Positions 42,538 to 50,384 of a DNA stretch of 64,000 bases are shown here, piece by piece (the stretch's first letter is position 1; every line of letters starts with the position of its first letter). This DNA is from an uncultured bacterium (GTDB lineage Bacteria > Acidobacteriota > Thermoanaerobaculia > Multivoradales > JAHZIX01), in assembly GCA_965368975.1 (NCBI GenBank), contig CBDUPA010000001.1, positions 384,001-448,000 of the forward strand. The letters run 5' to 3'. The position numbers and the translations under genes are program-made. The notes under the pieces were generated by a model. That model did not search any database, was not told the origin of the DNA, and saw only the letters and a program-made list of their open reading frames with translations.

Positions 42538-42627
42538 CAGGCCTTGCCCGTTGAGCGAAGTCGAAGTGACTCGCGATGGCAACGCTCTCGACACGGCGTC
42601 GACGACCGCATAGCCTTTGCAGACGTT

Positions 42628-43659
42628 ATGCAGACTTCGATCTCCCCCGTTCTCTTCGTCGGTGGCCTCGGTGCCGTCCAGGCACTGGTCATCGGACTGG
42701 CGCTGGCTACGCGAGATCGCCAGAGTCGATGGCTGGGAGCAATGCTGGTTCTGCTCGGGGTGGCGATGGGGCTCATTGTCTTGTCCCATTCACCCTGGGG
42801 TCGCGAAGGCGGCTGGATCTTGCTTGGGGAGGTGACGGTGTCGGTGCTGGTGGCACCGCTGTTCTACCTGTGGATCTTGATGGCCTGGCGCGACACCTGG
42901 AAACTGCGTGCCGTGGATTGGCTGCATTTTCTGCCGGCTGCCTTGTGGAGCCTGCACGCGATGCTCCTGGCGCTGGGGCTCGGGGACGCCAGTCTGCTGC
43001 GCGACCAACCGGTGATCCGTACCGCAGTGGCCTACCAGATGCTCTATACACTGCTGGCGGCGTGGCGTGTCTTCGTGCGTCCACGTGGACGGATCCTGAA
43101 TTCCGATCGGTTCATCATGCGCGGTGCGGTGGCCATGTTTGTGCTGATCCACCTGGCGCAGCTGCTGCGCATGAGTGTCGAGCATCCGCTGACGCGTGAG
43201 ATTGTACCGTTGACGGCGGCCTCGATCATTCTGGTCTTGACGGTGCTGGCGGTGCGCCACTCGCGCCTGTTCGAGAAGGCGCGCCGAGCGCCAGAGCTGG
43301 ACCCGGAGAGAGCGGGGCCGTTCCTGCGCCGGCTGCATCAGGCCCTGGACGACAAGCGGCTCTACCTGCAGCCAGACCTCACCCTCGACGCGCTGGCGCA
43401 GCACTTGGCGATGCCGCGCGGCCGCCTGTCGGCGCTGATCAATCAGCACTGCGGGGTCAGCTTCTTGCAGTTGGTCAATCAGCGCCGGGTCGCCGAGGCC
43501 GAGCGCCTGCTAGGGTCGCCGGAAGGGGAGCACCTGACCGTCGAGGCGATCGCCGGCCGAGCGGGATTCGGCTCCCGCTCAGCCTTCTACGACGCATTCA
43601 AGCGCCATACGGGGCAGACACCGGCCGCGTTTCGGGATCAGCTCGAGCCACCTGCTTGA
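42628..43659 (+). CDS. Membrane-bound AraC family regulator
   Basis: ~7 TM N-terminus; YLQPDLTL and GFGSRSAFYDAFKRHTGQTP motifs. Confidence 0.9.
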   Translation: MQTSISPVLFVGGLGAVQALVIGLALATRDRQSRWLGAMLVLLGVAMGLIVLSHSPWGREGGWILLGEVTVSVLVAPLFYLWILMAWRDTWKLRAVDWLHFLPAALWSLHAMLLALGLGDASLLRDQPVIRTAVAYQMLYTLLAAWRVFVRPRGRILNSDRFIMRGAVAMFVLIHLAQLLRMSVEHPLTREIVPLTAASIILVLTVLAVRHSRLFEKARRAPELDPERAGPFLRRLHQALDDKRLYLQPDLTLDALAQHLAMPRGRLSALINQHCGVSFLQLVNQRRVAEAERLLGSPEGEHLTVEAIAGRAGFGSRSAFYDAFKRHTGQTPAAFRDQLEPPA

Positions 43660-44873
43660 ACCTGGGGGTGGGCGGCGACGATGCGCCGGAGTAACTCGTC
43701 GATGGCACTGTCGTCGACCGAGGGCCGCCAGACGAAGCGGCGGAAGAGTTGACTCGCCAGGCCGACGCCGCCGGTAGGTAAGCGGTGGACGATCACCAGA
43801 TCGAGGTGCGGCACGATGTAGATGCGGTGACCTCGGCCGCCGCGCGCCAGCAGCATCGGGCCGCCGAAGATCTCGGAATCACGCACCACCCACCACATGA
43901 AGCCGTATTCTAGATCGTCCCAGCCAGTGGGCTGGGCGGTCTCGATGGTGCTCTGCTGGATCCAGCCCGGCGGCAGGATTTGCTGGCCGTCCCAGCGGCC
44001 GTCGGCCAGCACCAGCAGGCCGAAGCGCGCGAGGTCGCGGGCCGAGATCATGAAAACGTAGGCGGGATGGTCGGAGTCGTTGCCTTGCATGCGCTCGGTG
44101 AAGTCGTCTCGGTAGAGCCACTGGACGTCACGCGGACGATAGTCCTGCATGCCAGTCGGCGCGGCGATCTCGTCGGCGAAGGCTTGGTCGAGTGGCCGTC
44201 CGGCAGCCTGCTCGTAGATCGTGCCCAGGGCGTTGAAGTCCCAGTTGTTGTAGAACCACTGCTCGCCCGGTGCCGCGCTGCCGCGCTCGGGTTTGCGGCG
44301 CTTCCAGCCGGAGGCCTCGTAGATCGACGGGCGGTAGATGCCGGAGCGTGCCAGCAGGAGGTGCCGCAGCGTGGCCTGACGCTCGGCCGGGGTGAGCGGG
44401 GGGTGATCGTCGATGCCCAGCTCGGCGAGTGTCGCGTCGAGGTCGAGGCGGCCTTCGGTGACCTGCCGGCCATACAGGCTCGACAGCAGGCTCTTGCGGA
44501 TCGATTGACTATTCGTGCGGTGGCTGGTGGCACCCCAGGCGGCGACCAGGGCGCCACGGTGCACCACCATGACGGCCGAGGTGTCCAGGGCTTCGGCCCA
44601 TTGGCGGGCGTCATCGAGGTGGGCCGTCGACCAGCCCAGAGGCTCGGGATCGACCGGGTGCCACTGCGCATCCGGGAACTGCAAGGCACCGCGCGCGAAG
44701 GCGTCGAGGTCGAGGATCTCGGCTGGCGGCTGCGTCGGGTGGGCCGGCAGAGGAGTGCGTGAGACGGAGTAGACGTAGACCCCGGCGGCGGCGGCGAGCA
44801 CCAGCACGGCGAGGGCGAAACGGAGGAAGATGCGGCGCCAGGAGCGCCGGGAGGGGCGAGGTGTTTCGTTCAT
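43638..44873 (-). CDS. Serine hydrolase, beta-lactamase fold (third paralog)
   Basis: SIRK, YNNWDFN and SARDLARFG motifs. Confidence 0.88.
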   Translation of the reverse strand: MNETPRPSRRSWRRIFLRFALAVLVLAAAAGVYVYSVSRTPLPAHPTQPPAEILDLDAFARGALQFPDAQWHPVDPEPLGWSTAHLDDARQWAEALDTSAVMVVHRGALVAAWGATSHRTNSQSIRKSLLSSLYGRQVTEGRLDLDATLAELGIDDHPPLTPAERQATLRHLLLARSGIYRPSIYEASGWKRRKPERGSAAPGEQWFYNNWDFNALGTIYEQAAGRPLDQAFADEIAAPTGMQDYRPRDVQWLYRDDFTERMQGNDSDHPAYVFMISARDLARFGLLVLADGRWDGQQILPPGWIQQSTIETAQPTGWDDLEYGFMWWVVRDSEIFGGPMLLARGGRGHRIYIVPHLDLVIVHRLPTGGVGLASQLFRRFVWRPSVDDSAIDELLRRIVAAHPQVQAGGSS

Positions 44874-44908
44874 GGCTTGCAACCCTACGGCGCGCCGCCG
44901 CTTGGGGT

Positions 44909-44950
44909 GTCCGGATGGATCGATCCGGACGTCCACGCACGCATCTGGAC
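44909..44950. promoter_or_regulatory. Two tandem GTCC...GGAC boxes, candidate site for the neighbouring AraC regulator
   Basis: gtccggatggatcgatccggac followed by gtccacgcacgcatctggac, just upstream of the hydrolase start. Confidence 0.45.
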
Positions 44951-44993
44951 ATGCCAGTTCTCAGCCATGGCGATGCTCAATCCGGGCAGTGTC

Positions 44994-46202
44994 TCAGCCC
45001 GAGCACCCCGTGTTCGCGCCCAGGCCGATGCGCCGGTTGGCGCGATCGAAGACGACGAGGTAGTTCTTCATGAAGGCCTGCCCCAAGATCAGCTGCTCGT
45101 CACGCTGGGTGAGGCGCAGCAGGTAGCCGACGGTGCTGACTTTCTCGAAGTAGGTCGTTGGCGCAATGTCGAGTGTGATCGACTGGCCGTCGACGTCGTT
45201 GATCAGCACTTGGAGGGTCGGGAACCGCGGGATGACGTCGTCCGGGATCGACAGCAGTTCACCGGACAGGCTGACGTCGTGGGCGTGCGCTACTTCGTTC
45301 AGGGCGTCCATGACGTTCCGGTACATGTCGGACGGGAGCTCCAGGTCGGTGGTGCCGCTGTCGACGACGGTCGGCACCGATGGGCGCCCGAGGCTCGTCG
45401 TGCTGCCCGTCGTGTGGGTACCTGGTGCGATCCTCAGCTCGTTGGGCGAGATCACGTACCAGCGTTCCTCGGTAATCGGCACCGCCTGCTCGACCGTGTT
45501 GCCGTCGTCACCCAGGGTGATGGTGCTGGTGCCCTCGGCGCACAGCAGGAGGGCGAAACGATTGGCGATGCCGGTGGTGGCGACCAGGGTCTCGAAGTAA
45601 GTTGCGGGTGGGTTGTCCTGTGGCTGGGCGACGCTACGGTAGGCGAGACCGAGAATACTGCCGATGTTCTGGTCGTGGGTCATGACGCCGAACTTGTAGT
45701 CGAGAGCCGGCAGGTTGCCGACCGCGACTTGATCCTCGACGTAGCGTGCGTGCAGCGCGCCGGAACCGTACTCGATCGAGAAGCCGGCTTCGGCGAGCTG
45801 TGCGCTGCTCGACTGGCTCGGATCGTAAGGCTTCTGGGTGATGTCCTGGTCGCAGTTGTCGCACAGCGACGGCGGGCCAAGCAGGATTAGGTTGGAGCTG
45901 CCGGTGTCGACCTCGATGTTGTAGGTCTTTGCCGGTGTGCCGATCTGAATCGGCATGGTGTATGCACCCTGGACGATGTTTGGGTCGAGGTTCAGCGTGA
46001 CGTAGCGCGCGCTCGCTGGTGGGGCGGTAGTACTGGCTTCGCTCCCGGCCGCTACTGTCGTGTCGCTGCTGGCTTCCTCGATATCCGTCTGCGTGGCCTC
46101 GTCCGGTGGTGTGTCGTTCGGTGTACAGGCCGTCGTGGCGGTGAGCAGCAAGATCGCAAGGATGTGGCAGAGCCACGCGTCAACCCGCGGGTGTCTGGTC
46201 AT
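44994..46202 (-). CDS. Pepsin-like (family A1) bilobed aspartic protease, lipoprotein
   Basis: VDTGSS and VDSGTT catalytic motifs, flap IEYGSG, ILGLAY, ILGQAFMKNYLVVFDRANRRIGL; lipobox TTAC. Confidence 0.9.
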   Translation of the reverse strand: MTRHPRVDAWLCHILAILLLTATTACTPNDTPPDEATQTDIEEASSDTTVAAGSEASTTAPPASARYVTLNLDPNIVQGAYTMPIQIGTPAKTYNIEVDTGSSNLILLGPPSLCDNCDQDITQKPYDPSQSSSAQLAEAGFSIEYGSGALHARYVEDQVAVGNLPALDYKFGVMTHDQNIGSILGLAYRSVAQPQDNPPATYFETLVATTGIANRFALLLCAEGTSTITLGDDGNTVEQAVPITEERWYVISPNELRIAPGTHTTGSTTSLGRPSVPTVVDSGTTDLELPSDMYRNVMDALNEVAHAHDVSLSGELLSIPDDVIPRFPTLQVLINDVDGQSITLDIAPTTYFEKVSTVGYLLRLTQRDEQLILGQAFMKNYLVVFDRANRRIGLGANTGCSG

Positions 46203-46277
46203 GAGGGGGCCTCCTTGGCTGGTCTGGATGGCACGCTTGATCCTAAGGTCGAGAACTGGCCCGCCGACAGCGATGCG

Positions 46278-46862
46278 TCACGACCAGGTGCCTACATAGC
46301 GACAGCAGGCATCGCCACGGTGGACGCACTGGGATTGCCAGACCTTGGCGCCGTGCGCGCCGGCACCCTCGGCCATCGCCTCCCACCAGCCCTCCATGAG
46401 CACGCAGTGTTGGCGCGCGATGCTGGGAAAGCCTTCCAGAGTGATCGACGCGCCGCCGGTGTGCTGGTCGGTCAGACGCATCGACCCGGTGTCGCAGAAC
46501 CGTGACCAATAGGCTGGTCCCCAGACACCGAAGCCCCGCGCCACCACGGCGTCGGGCGAGGTAAAGGCGAGGACGACACGCAGAATGCCGCCAAGATCCC
46601 TCTTGCCCGTCCAGCGACCGACATCGCGCAGTGTCAGCAGGCGAGCCGACCGACCGATGGCGCGTTCCAGGTTCTGTAGCAGAGCTGTATAGGCGGAGTA
46701 AGGGTACCACTCGGAGCTGCGGACCGGACGGTCGAAGACCTGGGAGTGTGGCGCCGGCACCTCATCGACGATGCGCTGGCGCATCTCGGGTCCGAGATGT
46801 TCAACCGCCCAGGCGAGTATTCCGAGTAGCGCACTACCCTTAATGCGAGTGTTTTCTGACAC
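46278..46862 (-). CDS. V4R/HNOB-like ligand-binding domain protein
   Basis: IKG...WYPY N-terminus; C-terminal CVHRGDACCRY. Confidence 0.7.
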   Translation of the reverse strand: MSENTRIKGSALLGILAWAVEHLGPEMRQRIVDEVPAPHSQVFDRPVRSSEWYPYSAYTALLQNLERAIGRSARLLTLRDVGRWTGKRDLGGILRVVLAFTSPDAVVARGFGVWGPAYWSRFCDTGSMRLTDQHTGGASITLEGFPSIARQHCVLMEGWWEAMAEGAGAHGAKVWQSQCVHRGDACCRYVGTWS

Positions 46863-46936
46863 GTTTCGTAAATTCCAGTGGCGATACTACCACATTCCGA
46901 TCAACCACCAAGAGCTACTCTTCCGTATAGAATCGT

Positions 46937-48769
46937 ATGACAATGACCAACAAGCTGCTCGTCTTCCTCTCCGTCGGTTTTGGCCTCCTTCCGACCCTGG
47001 CCGCTGCTCCGCAGCATCTGGCCGGTCAAGACCCGGCTGACCAGAACCGCGATGCCGGTTTCACGGTGGATGCTGGTTTCACCGGAGATCTCGGCTTCAC
47101 CGTGCAGGCCGCCGAACGCTTCGGCCGCCTGGCGCTCGACTGCGTCCACCGCGAGTATCCGAACAAGATCGCGCACGTGCTCTCGGGAGATGAGGACGTG
47201 CAGCCACCTAGAGTGCTGACCCCGTCCTTCTATGGGTGTTACGACTGGCATTCCGCCGTCCATGGGCACTGGCTGCTGGCGCGCCTGGCTCGTACCTATC
47301 CGGACAGTCCGGTAGCCATCGAAGCCCGAGAATCGCTGGCCCGGTCCTTGACGCCGGAGAACGTCGCTGGCGAGGTGCGCTACTTCCACGGCCAGGGGCG
47401 CGTTTCGTTCGAGCGTCCTTACGGCCTGGCATGGCTGCTGCAGCTGGCCGCCGAATTGCGCGAGTGGGACGATCCCCAGGCCCAGGAGTGGGCGGCGGCG
47501 CTGGAGCCGCTGGAGGCCATCGTCGTTGAGCGACTGGAGGACTGGGTCCCCAAGCTGACGCACCCGATTCGCATCGGTGAGCACGCGCAGACCGCCTTCG
47601 CCTTTGGCCTGATCGCCGACTGGGCGCGCACCGCCGAGAACTACAAGGTCGAACGCCTGATGCGCAGTGCGACCATCCATTTCTATCTCCAAGATCGCGA
47701 CTGCCCCCTGGCCTACGAGCCGTCCGGTCACGATTTTCTCTCGCCGTGCCTGGCCGAGGCCGACCTGATGCGCCGCTTCCTGACGCCGATCGAGTTCGCC
47801 GCCTGGCTCGGGGCTTTCCTGCCGACCCTCCCGCACGACGATTTTGATGCCGTGTGGATCGAACCGGCGACGGTCAGCGATCCGGAAGATCCTAAGCTGG
47901 CCCATCTCGATGGCCTCAATCTGGCGCGTGCCTGGATGCTCGAAGGCATCGCCAGCGGTCTGCCCGACGGCGATCCGCGCATCCCGCCTTTGGTCGGCAC
48001 CGCCAGTGCCCACCGCCGCGCCGGCCTCGCTTCGGTCACCGGTGAGCACTACGAGGGCGGCCACTGGCTCGGCAGCTTCGCCATGTACCTGGTCAGCGGT
48101 CGTGGCGGCAGCCGGGTGCTAGCGTCCGACCCCTTCGACGTCATCTTCCACGGCACGGATCGCAGCGCCATCGAAGAGAAAGTGTTGCCGCGTGCCCACC
48201 AGGCCCTCTCCGACGTCACCAGCTACCTGGGCATTGACTACGACGGCAGGATCCTGATCGACGTCAGCCCTCGCCACGGGGTGCCAGCCCAGCACCGCAA
48301 CTCCATCCGGATCCCCGCCCAGCGTCTCGATCCCGAGCGCGACCCGGACGGCTTCGGCATCTCCGTCGTCCACGAGGTCACCCACGTCGTGGCCGTCAGC
48401 GCGTACCGTGGCGTCCCCAACCGCTTTTACGACGATGGTCTTGCCGTCTACCTGCAAACCAAGTTTGGCAGGGCGAGTTCGTACCCGGACTTCGGCGAAG
48501 ACCTGCACGAGGTGACCGTGCAGGTGGCCAACGAGCACGGCGGCTTCCTGCCCCTGGATATCACCGAGCGCACCCGCCGCTGGACCCGCTCCAGTCTCGA
48601 GCGGCGCTTGGCGTATTTGCAGGAAGGGTCGTTTACTCGCTTCCTGATCGAGCGGGACGGGGTGGAGAAGTACTGGCGGATCTACCGCGGGGCGGATCCC
48701 GTCGAGGTGGTGGGGAAGAGTCGGGAGGCGTTGTGGGCGGAGTGGTTGGAGTTCTTGGCGGGGTTGTGA
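46937..48769 (+). CDS. Secreted DUF2891 protein fused to a gluzincin-like (HExxH) domain
   Basis: REYPNK, FYGCYDWHSAVHGHW, FERPYG, HLDGLN and YEGGHWL (DUF2891); then HEVTH...DDGLAVY. Confidence 0.82.
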   Translation: MTMTNKLLVFLSVGFGLLPTLAAAPQHLAGQDPADQNRDAGFTVDAGFTGDLGFTVQAAERFGRLALDCVHREYPNKIAHVLSGDEDVQPPRVLTPSFYGCYDWHSAVHGHWLLARLARTYPDSPVAIEARESLARSLTPENVAGEVRYFHGQGRVSFERPYGLAWLLQLAAELREWDDPQAQEWAAALEPLEAIVVERLEDWVPKLTHPIRIGEHAQTAFAFGLIADWARTAENYKVERLMRSATIHFYLQDRDCPLAYEPSGHDFLSPCLAEADLMRRFLTPIEFAAWLGAFLPTLPHDDFDAVWIEPATVSDPEDPKLAHLDGLNLARAWMLEGIASGLPDGDPRIPPLVGTASAHRRAGLASVTGEHYEGGHWLGSFAMYLVSGRGGSRVLASDPFDVIFHGTDRSAIEEKVLPRAHQALSDVTSYLGIDYDGRILIDVSPRHGVPAQHRNSIRIPAQRLDPERDPDGFGISVVHEVTHVVAVSAYRGVPNRFYDDGLAVYLQTKFGRASSYPDFGEDLHEVTVQVANEHGGFLPLDITERTRRWTRSSLERRLAYLQEGSFTRFLIERDGVEKYWRIYRGADPVEVVGKSREALWAEWLEFLAGL

Positions 48770-48781
48770 ACTGACGCAGAC

Positions 48782-48817
48782 CACCGGCGGTTCGCCAATC
48801 AGGTCGAACTGCCGGTG
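48782..48817. terminator. Hairpin between convergent genes
   Basis: caccggcggttcg-N10-cgaactgccggtg. Confidence 0.5.
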
Positions 48818-48887
48818 CAGAGGAACAGGACGCGCGGTGACTTCCCGGCTGTGTTGGGTCGGACTACCCAGGTAGATGATGCCGTAG

Positions 48888-50363
48888 CTATGAACTCGGT
48901 GGGTAGACGCCTTTGAAGAAGGTGCCGGAGGCCTCCGAGCCGATCACTGTCTGCTGCGGAAGTCGCACCGGTTGACCCTCGGGCGCACCGAACAGGAATC
49001 GGACGTTGTCGTCGCCGTGGGAGCTGGCGGCCCAGCCTTGGAAAGACAGGGGTTGTTCGAAGGTCTGCTGGGTGATCCTGGTCCAGCTTCCTCCGTCGAG
49101 CGAGCCCCAGCCGGTCGCCTGGGTACCACCTTGCAACAGCTCCAGGCGTACCCAGATGAGCGACGTTTCCGCCACCGTGTCGGGCGCCACGATCGGTACC
49201 TCGACGGCCTGGGTTTCCTCGCCGGCCCTGTCGCGATACTGGACTCTCAGCACGTTGTGGGCCGGACGCACGACCGCGAAGTAAGGGGCGTCGGTGGCCA
49301 GCGACGCGCGTGCCATCAGCGCGGCCTTGGCCCAGCTACCGACGTGCGAGGCGGGGCTGGCCAGGAAGCTTTCCTGGCTGCCGTCGACTTCGCTACCGCT
49401 GCGTTGATCGTAGGCGAAGTAGCAACTGTCTTCGTCACCCCAGAGGTCGCCGGAGGTGACGCGGATACCGTAGATCGAGCCGGGTTCGGTGAGCGATGGG
49501 TCGAGGTCGACGTCGATGCCCTGGAAGGGGTAGCCGTGCGCGTTGTCCGTGCGCGCCCAGGGGGCGCTGCCGGTGTTGACTTTGTCGCTGGCCAGGTGGT
49601 GGATCTTGGCGTCGACGGCTTCGTTCCACGCGTCGGCGCTGTTCAGGCCCCAGGTGCGGCTGACGAAGCCGGCGTCGAAGACGTCCGGGCCGAGGTCGCG
49701 ATTCGAGCCGCTGAGGTTGAAGAAGACGACGTAGGACTTGTCGGTGATCTGGCTCGAGGTGCCGATCTCCGGGGCCACGAACGCCAGGCGCTGGTTGGCA
49801 CTGGAGCCGCCGTCGACGTACTGATTGAGCTTCGACTTCGAACTCTCGACGTCACCGCCGGTGAGGGCGAAGAGGAACTTACCGTGCAGGTCGGCGAGCA
49901 GCGGCCAGCCTCCTTGCTGAATCGCTGCTTGCAGGGTCGAAGCCCCGCTGGCGGCGATCAGGTCCGGTGGCCCCCAGATGGCGTCGCGGCCGAGCTTCGA
50001 GACCAGCAGGTCGTCGAGATCCTGGGGGGTGTGGGTCGCGTCGAAGCCGTCCTTGAGGTCCAGGAAGATGGTCATCGGCTCGTGCCGCGGCACCGCGCGC
50101 TGAAGAGCGAGTAGTGTGTCGAGACCGTCGGACAATGTCTCGATGCTGCTCTTCAGACCGCCGGGGCCGCAGTAGTGATAGACGTACCAGTTGCCGTCGA
50201 GCGTCGGGGCGCCGGTGCATCCCTTGCCGTTGTGGATGTCCATCTCGACGCCGCGCAGGCGCCAGTAGATCTCTTGGTCGTCGTAGCCCTCGGTGCGCTC
50301 GTAGGAGTTGTGCGAACCCTTCTGGCGCACCTGGTTGTAGCGGGTGTTGGTGTCGTTGTTCAT
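48888..50363 (-). CDS. Phosphoinositide-specific phospholipase C-like protein (bacterial Ca-dependent PI-PLC type) with a C-terminal ConA-like beta-sandwich
   Basis: YNQVRQKGSHNSY, RGVEMDIH, VYH, HEPMTIFLDLKD and WPLLADLHGKFLF motifs; GDLWG...AKAALMARASL domain; no signal peptide. Confidence 0.82.
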   Translation of the reverse strand: MNNDTNTRYNQVRQKGSHNSYERTEGYDDQEIYWRLRGVEMDIHNGKGCTGAPTLDGNWYVYHYCGPGGLKSSIETLSDGLDTLLALQRAVPRHEPMTIFLDLKDGFDATHTPQDLDDLLVSKLGRDAIWGPPDLIAASGASTLQAAIQQGGWPLLADLHGKFLFALTGGDVESSKSKLNQYVDGGSSANQRLAFVAPEIGTSSQITDKSYVVFFNLSGSNRDLGPDVFDAGFVSRTWGLNSADAWNEAVDAKIHHLASDKVNTGSAPWARTDNAHGYPFQGIDVDLDPSLTEPGSIYGIRVTSGDLWGDEDSCYFAYDQRSGSEVDGSQESFLASPASHVGSWAKAALMARASLATDAPYFAVVRPAHNVLRVQYRDRAGEETQAVEVPIVAPDTVAETSLIWVRLELLQGGTQATGWGSLDGGSWTRITQQTFEQPLSFQGWAASSHGDDNVRFLFGAPEGQPVRLPQQTVIGSEASGTFFKGVYPPSS

Positions 50364-50384
50364 GGTTGTGCTCCGGTTGCCAGT

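Noticed and set aside
41608-42789. 393-aa ORF as called in the track
   Set aside because: Only the last 162 aa (from 42096) match the LURP-one family. The extension overlaps better-supported plus-strand genes.
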